A stretch of 64,000 nt of DNA, taken from positions 108,626,001-108,690,000 of the forward strand of contig NC_045697.1 in NCBI RefSeq assembly GCF_009834535.1, given 5' to 3'. This DNA is from Camelus ferus. Taxonomy: Eukaryota. This document shows, piece after piece, positions 26,581 through 38,400 of the stretch (the first letter of the stretch is position 1; the number at the start of each line of letters is the position of its first letter). The position numbers and the translations under genes are program-made. Below the pieces are notes generated by a model. The model had not been told where the DNA came from and made no database searches. It worked only from the letters and a program-made list of their open reading frames with translations.

Positions 26581-27249
26581 CTCCTAACATCAATTTCTCC
26601 AAAAATTTGAAATTAAGACCAACTCCTGGCTATCGAACAACATGTACGTTTACTCCAAACTTCGAGCTCCAAAGAAGATTTTCAAGCCTGAAAGATTATA
26701 ACTAAGCCTTGCAACGAATAAAACTCTCTCTTTTCCTCAAAGGGAAAAAAGAATCAGTGTCATCAGTTACTGCATACAGCTCCAATATCAGAATTTCTGG
26801 GTGGTGTCCCCCTCCCTTCTGGTTTCCTCCATAACCTATGGACTGAACTGCAAAGGGGGTGGAAATGGAAAAACAAGTGAAAATATTTTTTAAATGCATA
26901 AACACACAAAGAAGGAAAATTCAACAGGTTCTACAGACCTGACCTGGGTCTAGGAACTGTGTGAAGAACTACAACTCACCCTGAGACCTTCACTTGTGAA
27001 ACCGAAAATTTTTGTTATACAGATCAAGTCGGATCTTAATGGTCTGCCCATGATCTCATGATCATTCAGCCACGGCCAAAAAGAAGCATTCAGGTCATTC
27101 ACTGCATCTCTGATCATCATGCAGGTCATGCGACCTTATGGAAATAATGCCCACCTTGCCTATGAAAGTTAGAGGCATCTCAGACTCCATCTGAAATCAG
27201 AAAGATAATTTCAATAGAATTAAACGTAAGTAGGTCTCCTACCCACAGA

Positions 27250-27600
27250 CAACAACAATTATACTACTTTACATAGATGCGGGCACTGTTCTCAAAGTAT
27301 TTCTCATTACCTTGCTGAGTAAAGTGTCTTCTGGACCTCTTAGTGGATAACAGTGGAGAGAGAATAAAGGAGGTGAGTGAATGGTCACAATGAAAAATCC
27401 ACTCCATCAGTCCTATGTCCCTTAATCTTTTGACTTCTTCCTCTATATTATACATGAGTTTGTAGGTATTCAACTTGATTGAGCGTAGGCCAATGCTGAG
27501 ACAAATCACAGCAGCAATTACCTCTCTTAGTTTCCTTGAGCTAGAATACCGAATTCAGAATCTCTGGTAATTGCACCAGGCCAATACACTGACCAAATGT
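27250..27600 (-). mobile_element. ERVL/MaLR internal (gag-like) remnant
   Basis: Minus ORF 27264-27509 contains EEEVKRLRDIGLMEWI, resembling the ERVL/MaLR gag motif EEGIQRLREIGMLEWI. Confidence 0.6.
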
Positions 27601-28168
27601 AAGAGCATGTTACCCTCTCATCATCAGAATCCACAAGTACAAGGACTCCTGAAGTTTTTTGGCTGACATGTTAGCAAAAAAATTTTTAAGTTGATACATA
27701 ATCCTTTTCTTCCCATTTTAACTACCCAAAAGCACAGCAGGCTACAATCTGACTCTAGTTTCAGATCTGGAAACAATGAGGATTACAGGGGTATGAGGAA
27801 ACTGGCTTCCCCCTGGATGGTAACTGTCATAAGCAAGATTGTTATAGGTCTTCAAAGAAGACAGGGAAAGACAACTTCTGCCATCAAGAGAGACTTCGTG
27901 GTGTCTGGAGACCTGACTTGCACCTTTAATTCCATATATAAAGAAAATGTATTCAAAGATTATTAGCGGCCATAAATACAGCATATGTCCAAAAAAAGGG
28001 GAGGCCACTTATTACACTGCTATTACATTCCCCCAAATTTTCTTAAAATTAGACAATATAAGATCTTTCTATCTTTATTTTATGTATTTATTAGTATTTA
28101 TCGTTACAGCTTTTACACACTAAAATGAGCAGCATTATGGTATTCAAATTCAAGAGCAATAAAGTTTA

Positions 28169-28187
28169 TGCCTCTAGAGGGCAGCAT
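28169..28187 (+). promoter_or_regulatory. Candidate CTCF site
   Basis: tgCCTCTAGAGGGCAGCat closely fits the CTCF core CC[A/T]C[C/T]AG[A/G][G/T]GGC[A/G]. Motif only. Confidence 0.5.
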
Positions 28188-28445
28188 TTCTCATAAGACA
28201 GGTATGACAAATAAAAAAGGAATCCTATTGTCCAAGAAGTTTAAGAAACACAAGATAAACAAGCTTTCGCTAGTTTCTTTCTTTTAAGATGCCTCAGAGT
28301 CTTTAATACACCATTGTGCATTATGAATTGTCAACAGGCCACTATTATGGTATACGTGTTTCTTCAAACTTAATCACAGAAACCTTTCTTCAAGGACCGT
28401 CTCCAGTGACTACTTCTACAGAATGCATTTTGGAAAACAATCTAG
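28182..28445. mobile_element. hAT-Charlie non-autonomous element (MER113-like)
   Basis: ctcagagtctttaatacaccattgtgcattatgaat and terminal cagcatttc / ttttggaaaacaa resemble recalled MER113. Confidence 0.5.
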
Positions 28446-28644
28446 TGGATGAATTCTCTTAAGACAAGTTTCACTTCCTTTTTGATTCATAGGCTTCCTC
28501 CTCTTATTTTTAAAACAGGTCCTTAGACATCCCCCTGTATTCACAGATCATGACCAAGAATGAATAAACACTGACATTTATTTATTTTGGGGAAATGAGA
28601 AACATGGAGAACTTACCGCTTGGCTTGCTCAAAGGACAACAGTG

Positions 28645-28720
28645 AAAGAAAGAAAAGAAAGAAAAGAAAAGAAAAAAAAGGAAGGAAGGAGAAAGAAAAG
28701 AAGAGAAAAAAGAAAAGAAA
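28645..28720. repeat. GA-rich low-complexity tract, (GAAA)n-like
   Basis: Purine-only run seen directly. Confidence 0.9.
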
Positions 28721-29237
28721 CTTGGTGTTATAACTAGTTGAGATATGGCCCCTCCTAGCTTTAAAAACTACAAAGGAGTTGAGGTGTACATAATAAAACA
28801 TTTTCATATTTACCCAAACTCAGAATATTAAATACTTGAGCTCTATTATCATCTTTCCACAGTCCATGTCAACAGAAATTAAACTGCCTAATTTAAAGAA
28901 CTGTTGTAAATCTGATGAGACCTCTATAGACCTCAAAAAAAAAAAAGTCCTTAAATTTTTGTGAGACAGCACTTAAACAAATTCCCCCTTTTTTGTTGTC
29001 ATTTGGTCTTTCACTGAAATTATGAAATCAGTTTTAGAATACAGACATGTCCCCACTCCCCAAGTACTCCTGCAGAATACTTGGAAGAATAATGGGGGGC
29101 AAGCCATGACTTCAAATATAATACATGTGTCCAAATGTTTGATTACTACAAATCCTTTTATCCATAAACAATGTTTGAAATGTTTTTCTTTTTAATTCTG
29201 CATGACTATGAGGAATGCCACAAAGAAAATGCAAGTG

Positions 29238-31562
29238 CAGGCATACCTCGGAAATAATGCAGGCTCAATTCTAGCTACTGCAATAAAGCAAATATCACAA
29301 TAAAGCAAGTCACATGAATTTGGTTTCCTAGTACATATAAAGTTATAGTTACACTATACTATACTCTATTAAGTGTGCAATAGCATTATGTCTAAAAAAA
29401 AATACATACCTTAATCAAAAAATACTTTATCACTAAAAAATGCTAATCATCCACTGAGCTGACAGTGAGCTGTAATCTTTTCGCTGGTGGAGGGTCTTGC
29501 CTCCATGTTGATGGCTGCTGACGGACCAGGGTGGTATTTGCTGAAGGCTGGGATGGCTGTGGCAATTTCTTAAAATAAAACAGTGAAGTTTGCTGTATCA
29601 ACTGACTCTTCCTTTTACAAATGATTTCTCTGTAACATGTAATGCTGTTTGACAGCACTTTATCCAAAGTAAAATTTCTCTCAAAACTGAAGTCAGTCCT
29701 CTCAAACCCTACTGCTACTTTATCAACTAAGTTTATGTAATATTCTAAATCCTTTGTTGTCATTTCAACAATCTTCATAGCATCTTCACCAGGAGTAGAT
29801 TCCATCTCAAGAAATCCCTTTGTTCATCCATCAGGAGCAACTCTTCATCCATTCAGGTTTTATCATGAGATTGCAGCTAATTCAGTCACATCTTCAGGCT
29901 CCACTTCTAACTCTAGTTCTCTTACTATTTCCACCACATCTGCGGTTCCTTCCTCCACTGAAGGTTTGAACTCCTCAAAGTCATCCATGAGGGTTGAAAT
30001 CAACTTCCTTCAAACTCCTGTTAATGTTGATACTTTGACCTCTTCCCATGAATCACAAATGTTCTTAATGGCATCTAGAATAGGGAATCCTTTCCAGGAG
30101 GTTTTCACTTTACTTGGCCCAGATCCATCAGAGTAATCACTATTTATGGCAGTTGTAGCCTTGCAAAATGTATCTGAAATAATAAGACTTGGAAGCTGTA
30201 ATCACTCTGTCCATGGGCTGCAGAACGGATGTTGTGTTAGCAGACACATAACATTCATCTCCATCAGAGCTCCTGGGCATCCAGATGCATTGTCAACAAG
30301 CAAAAATATTTTGAAAGGAATCTTTTTTTTCTGAGCAGTAGGTCTCAACAGTGAGCTTAAAATAGTCAACGAACCATGCTGTAAATAGTTGTACTCTCAT
30401 CTAGGCTTTGTTGTTCCATTAATGGAGCACAGGAGAGCAGATTGAACATAATTCTTAAGGGCCTGATGATTTTCAGAATGGTAAGTACTGGCTTCAACTT
30501 AAGCGTCACAAGCTTTATTAGATCCTGATGAAAGTCCTAGATGGCATCTTCCAATATAAGGCTGTTTCATCAACATTGAAAATTTGTTACTTAGTGTAGA
30601 CGCCTTCATTCATTCTCTTAGCTGGATACTGAGGCTAACTTGCTGCACTTTCTACACCAGCACTTATTGATTCTCCTTGTACTTTTGTGTTATGGAGACG
30701 GTGTCTTTCCTTAAACCTCATCAGCCAATCTCTGCTGGCTTCAAATTTTTCTTCTGCAGCTTCTCCACCTCTCTCAGCCTTCAGGGACTTAAAGAGAACT
30801 AGGGCCTTTCTCTAGATTAGGCTTTGGCTTAAATGAAAACTGTGGCTTATTAGATCTTCTATCTAGACCACTAAAACTTCCTCCATATCAGCAATAAGCC
30901 TGTTTCATTTTCTTACTTTTTGTGTATTCACTAGAGTAGCATTTTTAATTTCCTTCAAGAACTTTTCCTTTGCTCACAATTTGGCTAACTTGCACAAAAG
31001 GCCTAGTTCTCAGCCTATCTCAGCTTTAGCTTGTCTTCCTCACTACCCTTTACTGTTTCTAGCTTTTGATTTAAAGTAAGAGACATGTAACTCTTCCTCT
31101 CACTTCAACACTGGGACCACTGCAGGGTTATTAATTGCCCTGATTATAATGTTGTTGTGTCTCAAGGAATAGGGAAGTCTGAGGAGAGGGAGAGAGATAG
31201 GGGAATAACCAGTTGGTGGAGCAGTCAGAGCACAGAGCATTTACCAATTAAGTTTGCCATCTTATATGGGTATGGTTTGCAGTGTCCCAAAACAATTGCA
31301 AAAGTAACATCAACGATTACTAATCACAGATTATCATAACAAGTATAATAATAATGAAAAAGTTTGAAATATTCCAAGAATTACTAAAATGTGACACAAA
31401 GACATGAAGTGAGCAAATGCTGTTGGAAAAAGGCACCAACAGACTTAATGCAGGGTTGCCACAAACCTTCTATTTGTTAAAAAATAAAATAACAAAAACA
31501 AAAACCACAGTATCTGTAAAGCACAATAAAGAAAAATGCAAAACAAAAATACAGTATTTCTA
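29238..31562 (-). mobile_element. Near full-length decayed Tigger1 (Tc1/mariner-pogo) DNA transposon
   Basis: Left terminus caggcatacctcgg (Tigger1 TIR); degraded right terminus gcacaataaag...gtatttcta. ORF 29443-29805 ([29 protein letters not shown]...[11 protein letters not shown]) is the Tigger1/TIGD1-type transposase C-terminus. The rest has stops and frameshifts. Confidence 0.93.
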
Positions 31563-31774
31563 CAGTTCTAAGCAGCTCTGTCCAGGGTTCATGATTCATA
31601 CATAAGTCCTCTTAGAGCAGCTCCTGTGACATTAGCATTATCAAAAAAAAAAAGGCTATAATCTTTGGTCTCAAGTCACCAAAATATTTTAAGCAAGTAT
31701 ATAACCAACTCTCAAAGTTTTAATTTCCAGACCTGGAAGTACATAGTATATAACCAACTATCAAAGTTTAATTT

Positions 31775-34263
31775 CCAATACATTAGCTATTGGCTGCATG
31801 TGACTAGTGAACACTTGAAATGTGACTACCATTACTGAGGAATTGAATTTTTATTTAATTACAATTAATTTTATCTAAATTTAAAAGCTGAAGCAATGTA
31901 AAATAGCTTTATACAAAAGAAAAATGTATTGTTTTGGTCTAGTCAGCATCAACTATTCAACTAGAATGACTTTTTTCTATACACCAATATAATAATAGTG
32001 TAAAGCATTTACTGAACCTTTTTTTGCAAAGAACACAAATTGCAGTGATATCTATGTAAATCATAATTGATAACCAAATGGAGATACTCTTTCATTTTAA
32101 TTTTTACTTTAATTTTTAAATTGTAATACATTTTGAATTAAGTTGTTTTAACTTTTTGGGCAGGACAAAAGGGGAGGGTGTTTCAACAAAATTTCTAAAT
32201 TAAAACAAAGGCATTCTATGCATGCAGAATCAAGTGGAGTTACAGTGAAATTAGTACTACCACCAGGACAGTAAAGTAAGACTGGAAGAAGGTAATGCAC
32301 AAATTTTAACATGAACAATCATCACAATTAGCTGTGGTACAGCAAAATAAAAAAGCTGTTTCTTACATTAAAAATATTTTAAATAAAAGTAGACAATATT
32401 AAGAGACATTTTCAACACATAGTAAGTTTTCGTAAGTTTCCTAAGTCAAAAGGGAAGCAACAAAGTTATCCACCTGATATCAGAATTAAATGTCCAACAA
32501 ACATTTTTAAAAGATTTTTAAAGGATCTGAGCATATTACTCTGGTCAGCTATAAAATGGCCAGGATTCCTGCAAAAAGAAAGGGAGGGAGGGAGGGAGAG
32601 AGCAGGAGGAAAGGAGGGAGGGAGGGAGGGAGGGAGGGAGGAACGAACCATATTTAAATGGAGAAATGATAAAGAAATTATTTCAATTATAGATATTCTG
32701 TTAGAAAATTATGGGGAATACTAAAAAGGATATTTTACAAAAAGTAAAAGGCCTTCAATTAAGCCACCAAACAACTGTCCATCATATGGAAGACCTTTCC
32801 AACAATATAAAAATCAATAGATTCAAAATTTGAGACATTAAGTTTTCTTTTAGCTTTAGATAAGCCATGTGATACAAGAGATAGTACCAAATTACAACTT
32901 GAGACACGTTTTGTTTGAAAAAACTTGCAAATTTAAGGAGAAATGTCAATATGTACCTTTAAAAATCAAAATTGTGGCACAGGTATTTTTTCTATCTTTT
33001 ACACCTGTCAAAGAATTTCAGCTATATATTAAAAAATCAGTTTCTTTCTCAACAGACAGCTCCAGCCATGATAGGTCAAAAATCCACTTACTAAAATTTT
33101 TAAATAAGAAACTGGTATTTCTCTTATTGTTCTGTTCCACTGTATGATATACACTGAAAATATCTGTGCTCAGCTTTTTAAAGCTATGAAAAGTGGCATG
33201 GATTAAGTTGTTAAAATTGATAAGCATGTATATGCAAATAATATGAAACCTAGCTAGTTTACACAACTGTTAAACAAATAGAAGATAATACATTTAAGAA
33301 TCTTGTGTTCTTTACTCAGTGGTTGAATAGAGGAAGAATTCCACAAAGATTTGCTGTATTACTAACTCTGATTCAAGAAAAAGTGTTGTTTTCAACATTC
33401 AATAATCAAAGACAAAAATGGCAGTACTCTGTTTTTTCACTGGTACCTCACTACATTTAAACAAGCATAACCTGAAGTATCAAAGAAAGAAAAAGTTTAT
33501 TTATGACCTAGTTACACAGGTATAGAAATTTATGTTGAAATTGAAAGTTTCCATAATACCAATCAATAATAAAGATTTTATACTTTTCCCTAATGTGAAT
33601 CAATATACAGGCTATTTTAATTATGATGGACAGTGTTATGAAAACTGGCTGCAAAAATGACCAGAAATAGCTGAACACTTTGTTGCTTTGATTGAATTTA
33701 GAGTTGTTTTTCAACTTATACAATATCCGTAGGAAAATGATGTTAATAATACTAAGCTGACACAAGAGTTAGTAAATTTGCTTAATTTAAGTAGCACAGA
33801 TTTGAAACTGTTAAGATTTTGCTTCAAATTCTACTAAAAAACATGAACAAGTTTTATCACATTAGATTAAAATACTGAAAGAAATTTATTTTGGGCACTT
33901 AATTCAGACATTAAAAAGCATAAATTTGTTTGCAAAAACTTAGGCATGTGAATCTACTTTTTCAACCATAAACTTTATGAGGTCTAAATGAAGATCAAGT
34001 ATTTCTGATGAAAATTTGGTGCTCAAATCAAGCGGTTAAAAATATCTACTAGGTTTAAAAAAATTAGTCTAAAAAAGAAATGTAAAATATCTCAATACTT
34101 TTATATTGTATAAATGTTAGAATGATATATTCTGGATATGTCAGATTAAGTAAAATATATTAAAATTACATCTAGCCTTATTTTTACTCTTTTATAAATG
34201 AGGCTACTAGAAATGTTTAAATTACATATATGGCTCAAATTATATTTCTATCACACAGTGCCA
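31775..34263 (+). mobile_element. Near full-length decayed hAT-Charlie transposon (Charlie5-like, MER3/MER33-type ends)
   Basis: MER3-like start (aacacttgaaatgtgactac) and MER33-like end (attatatttctatcacacagtg). Frameshifted transposase motifs appear in order: VSYKMARIPAK, PYLNGEMIK, LQLSHQT..HMEDLSNNIK, LALDKPCD, STD/APAMIG, FHCMIYTENICA, CESTFSTINFMRSK. Confidence 0.85.
32580..32642. repeat. (GGGA)n microsatellite interrupting the Charlie transposase
   Basis: agggagggagggagggagagagcaggaggaaaggagggagggaggg... seen directly. Confidence 0.93.
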
Positions 34264-35054
34264 TTCTAGGCAAGATTAACTAAAGATGAACATAATTAAG
34301 TTCTTGCAAGAGGAGCTCATTCTTTAGAACAACACTATCAACTACTAAAAACTTACCCTGGAAGTTCACATTACAATAACCCATCACACCATATGCACAA
34401 CACATAGTGAACAAGTCTCAGCAGCAGGATATAAATTTGCCCAAGAAAGATTCAGTATTTGCAGATGGATGGGAAAAAAAAATACAAAAGGAGGCAAACT
34501 TCAGTATTATAACAGCTATATAGTCTTTTATAAAAACTGAAAAAGGAGAGAATCATTCTCTAGGAAACTAGCTGCAGAATATAACAAGTGAAATATAAAA
34601 AGATAAGGAGAGTAATAAAATTAGGTGCTTAAGGTAAACACAAACTATACAACAGCAAAAAAAAAAAAAGTAATACTATAATAGCTAAACGTTTCAATTT
34701 TGCTGCAACAGGGATAAGCATCTCATATCCTGTATTAAGGACATCTTAAGGGTAGACCCACATGAAAAAATAGAAAGACAAAGAAAAAGTATAGTACTTT
34801 CTAAGTTAGTGAATTGAATTGCAAGTTATTAGAGAAGAGAAACAAACCTTGTGCATCCTCACATGATACTAAATTTACTTCTTTATAATTTACTAAGTGT
34901 AGTATTTTAAATGTTTAAGGTTACTCATAATTTTAGTTCTATCCAGAATAAAAAGTTAAAATAGCACTTAAAAGTGCCTAAAGAGGTCTTTTTAAGTAAA
35001 TTAAACAGCATGAGAAATTTACATTCAAAACAACACAATACGTAAGAATGGATG

Positions 35055-36285
35055 TATATACCAATGGAACAAAACTGAAAATCCAGACATTAAACCATAA
35101 ATCTACAGCCAAGTGATTTTCAATAAGGGTTCCAAGTTCATTCAATGGAGAAAGAATGGTCTCTTCAACAAATTGTGCTGGAACAACTAGATTTCCACAT
35201 GTGAAAGAATGAAGTTGACCCCTGCCTCACACCATATACAAAAGTTAACTCCACATGGATCAACAATCTAAATATAAAAGCTAAAATCACAAAACTGTTA
35301 CATGAAAACATAGGGTTAAGTCTTCGTGATCTTGGACTGCCATGATCCTGGCAATAAACTCTTAGATATGACATCAAAGTACGAGCAACAAAAGAAAAAT
35401 AGATAAATTGGACATCATCAAACTTAAAATTTTCGTACATCAAGATATTATCAATAAAGTAAAAATATAACCTACCAAATGGGTGAAAATATTTGTAAGC
35501 CATATATCTGATAAGGGTTTAATATCCAGAATATATAAAGAATTCTTATAACACAATAACAAAAAGACAAACAATTCAATTTTAAAATGGGCAAAGGACT
35601 TGAATAGACATTTCTTCAAAGGAGATACACATATGGACAAAAAGCACATGAAAAAAATGCTTAACATCATTAGTTATTAAACAGATGCAAATGAAAATCA
35701 CAATGAGACACCACACCTACTAGAATAGCTATAATTATTTTAAATTTTAATACATTTTTAAAAAAATAATAAGCACTGGCAAGAACATAGATAAACTGTA
35801 GCTTGTTGGTGCAATATACAACAGTACATACACTGTGGAAAATAGTCTGGCAGTTTCTAAGAAAGACAAATATAGAATTACAATGAGACCCTGAAATTCC
35901 ATTCCTAGGTATACATCCAAGGGTTGAAAAGAAAGGGCTCTAACAAATACTTACACACCAACATTCATTGCAAGTCTTCCTGACAACAGTCAAAAGGTGA
36001 AAATAACCCAAATATACATCAAGAAATGAACGGATGAACAAAATATGATATATACATACAACTGACTATTATTCAACTATAAAAAGGAATGAAGTTCTGA
36101 CATACATGCTACAACATGGATGAAACAGGAAAACACTACGTTAAGTGAAATAAGCCAGACAAAGGGGACACATATTGTATGAGTCTCCACTTCTATGAAA
36201 TATCTAGAATGAACAAATTCATAGAGACAGAAAGTAAATTTGAGGCCTACCAGGTTCAAGGAGAGGAGAGAATGTAGAGTTAATC
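35055..36285 (+). mobile_element. L1 (L1MB-like) 3' ORF2 plus 3' UTR fragment
   Basis: ttcaacaaattgtgctggaacaactag, ccatatatctgataagggtttaatatccagaatatataaagaa, aaaatgggcaaaggacttgaatagacatttc, tgctacaacatggatgaa. Confidence 0.9.
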
Positions 36286-36401
36286 TTCAAAATATCTCAA
36301 TACCCCTACAAGGTAGGTAAAACAGGTAACACAGCAGATGGATAAACTGGCACTCTATACCTTCACCAGTAATTTGAAACAATTTATAGGAAATATATGG
36401 A

Positions 36402-36551
36402 GCAATGTTTCTCCTGCATCAGGATCACCTGGAGGGCCTGTTAACACAAACTACTTCCTCTGAGTGGCTCCTGAGAAGGTTAAATTTCTAACTAGTTCCA
36501 ACATGACGGTGACACTACTAATGGTAGGGGATCCAGTTTGAGACCCACTGG
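36402..36551. mobile_element. MER5-like hAT MITE
   Basis: tgcatcaggatcacctggagggcctgttaa...ttctaactagttccaa...tttgagacccactg. Confidence 0.65.
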
Positions 36552-37344
36552 TAAAGACAGGTTACAGATAAATTCAAGATAAATTAATGAAGAGTATGAC
36601 TGAAGTCTGTGGTGCCAAAACAACTCAGTCTAAGAACATGGGGCTCTAATGCCTCCCTTAGTTAAAAGTTCAAGTGTCTAGGAACTAATGGCTTGTAAAT
36701 AATGCTTCACAATTTTTCTTTTCCAGTATTCTAGAGACTGCAAATTTGAAGTTACGGTCTGTGACAGGTATCTAATGTATATTGTGTACTAAGAACAAAC
36801 ACGTGTTTTAGAAGTTAAATGAGCAGAAGAGACTGAAATCTTTTGTAGACATTGTAAAGCCTAATCAAAATTGTACTCTGGATAGATGGCCAACCCACCT
36901 TGGAAGTGAACCAAGAGAGTACTTAAAGCAAAGTCAAGATTTTTCTTAAGCAAAAAAAAAAAAAAATTGAAATCACTATACTAGAAAGATGAAGGATATA
37001 AACATTTCTATACCATAAGCATTGGAAGGAAACTCTTGGAAAAGTTCTTTTAACTGTTTTTATCAAATACCCAATGAAACCAAAGAAAATTTTCAACCAT
37101 GTTTCCATGAAGTAACATATTTGACACAATGCAACCTGTGCAGAAATCCTCCAATTTTATTTAGTGCAAGATCAATCTGCTGTAAACTAAACAAAGTCTG
37201 CTACAAAGAGAATTACTGAATATAAACTAACTTCTGTACAGCAGGGTTACCTGTCCACATCACAAAGTGGTTTAAAGTCAGGAAGTTTTTTAAAAGACAG
37301 CGAGATACAGCATCAGGGAAAGGGCATGGAATAATTCCAATCGT

Positions 37345-38400
37345 CGAAAAAGGAACCAATGTTCCTTGGTGAAATGGCTGATTCCAGGGCTAGTGCAGGG
37401 AATGCACAAGATGAGCCTGGAACATTCTGTGATACTAGAAAGTCAGTCAATTCTCAAAAAATGATGGTCCAGGAGCCTCCATGAAGGGGTTCCCTAGGGC
37501 CAAACCTAGAATAATTCGAGCACCAAAATACGTAATGATGGCAATAGATTAAATCCATAGAATAAGAATCTGTAAATCCATTTGATATAAGTAGAATAAA
37601 AAATCCTTTAGCCTATCCCAATATAAACAAAAAACTGAACACGTACGTTAAGAAGGGAAAGCTTTTCTTTAAAAGAGATCCAACCAATAAATGTTGACTG
37701 GAATGATGGAAACAGAAAAGCACCATTTGGCAAACACCACAGTAATAATACCATTTCAGGTTAAGAATCATCAATGAAAGTAAAAACTAGAGAGCATAAT
37801 GAAAAATAAGATAATTACCTGGTCACAAAGTATTTTCCTACAGAACACTTATTAATTACAAAGGAAAAGCGAACTACAGCAGACAAACCCAACTGTATCA
37901 CCTTAATCAGCTGAACAAAATTAACATCACTGGTCATTGTACAAATCAGTATCATGTACCTCCTATTAAGCTTAATAACATCACTTTTATAGTATTCTTA
38001 ACCAAAAATGTTTAACATTCATTGAATTATGGGGAAACCACACAAATTCAAATTGTGCGATATTCTACAAAATTATTGACCAGTACTCTTTAAAGTATAA
38101 TAGTCATGAAAGACAAAGAAAGATCTTGGAATTGTTTCAGATTAAAGAAAACTAAGGGGAGACATGACAACTAAAATGCAACTACATCAGACCCTGGAAA
38201 GAGAAAGCACATTAGTGAGACAACTGGTGAAACCTGAATACAGCTTTAAGATTAGATAACAGTATTATATCCATGTTTAGTTTCCTGATTTTGATAACTA
38301 CACTGTCACTGTGTAAGATGTTAACATTTGGGGAACCTAGATGAAGACTACATGGGAATTCTTTGTAATATTTTTGCAGTTTTTTTCTGAGTTTGACCAA
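37345..38400 (+). mobile_element. L1MC3/L1MC4-like 3' UTR
   Basis: aaaggaaccaatgttccttggtgaaatggctgattccagggctag, caagatgagcctggaaca, atgttaacatttgggga; ends at tttttgcagttttttctgagtttg. Confidence 0.8.

Noticed and set aside
29443..29805. TIGD1-like ORF as a domesticated gene
   Set aside because: It is only the C-terminal piece of a Tigger1 copy whose upstream transposase has stops, frameshifts and a deletion.
35165..35670. Hydrophobic minus-strand ORFs (also 1901-2089, 5239-5448, 17310-17525)
   Set aside because: Antisense translations of A-rich L1 sequence.
12930..38400. Similarity of 12930-13940 to 37345-38400, and of 33870-34263 to 42258-42555, as segmental duplications
   Set aside because: Explained by independent copies of the same TE families (L1MC 3' UTR; Charlie/MER33).
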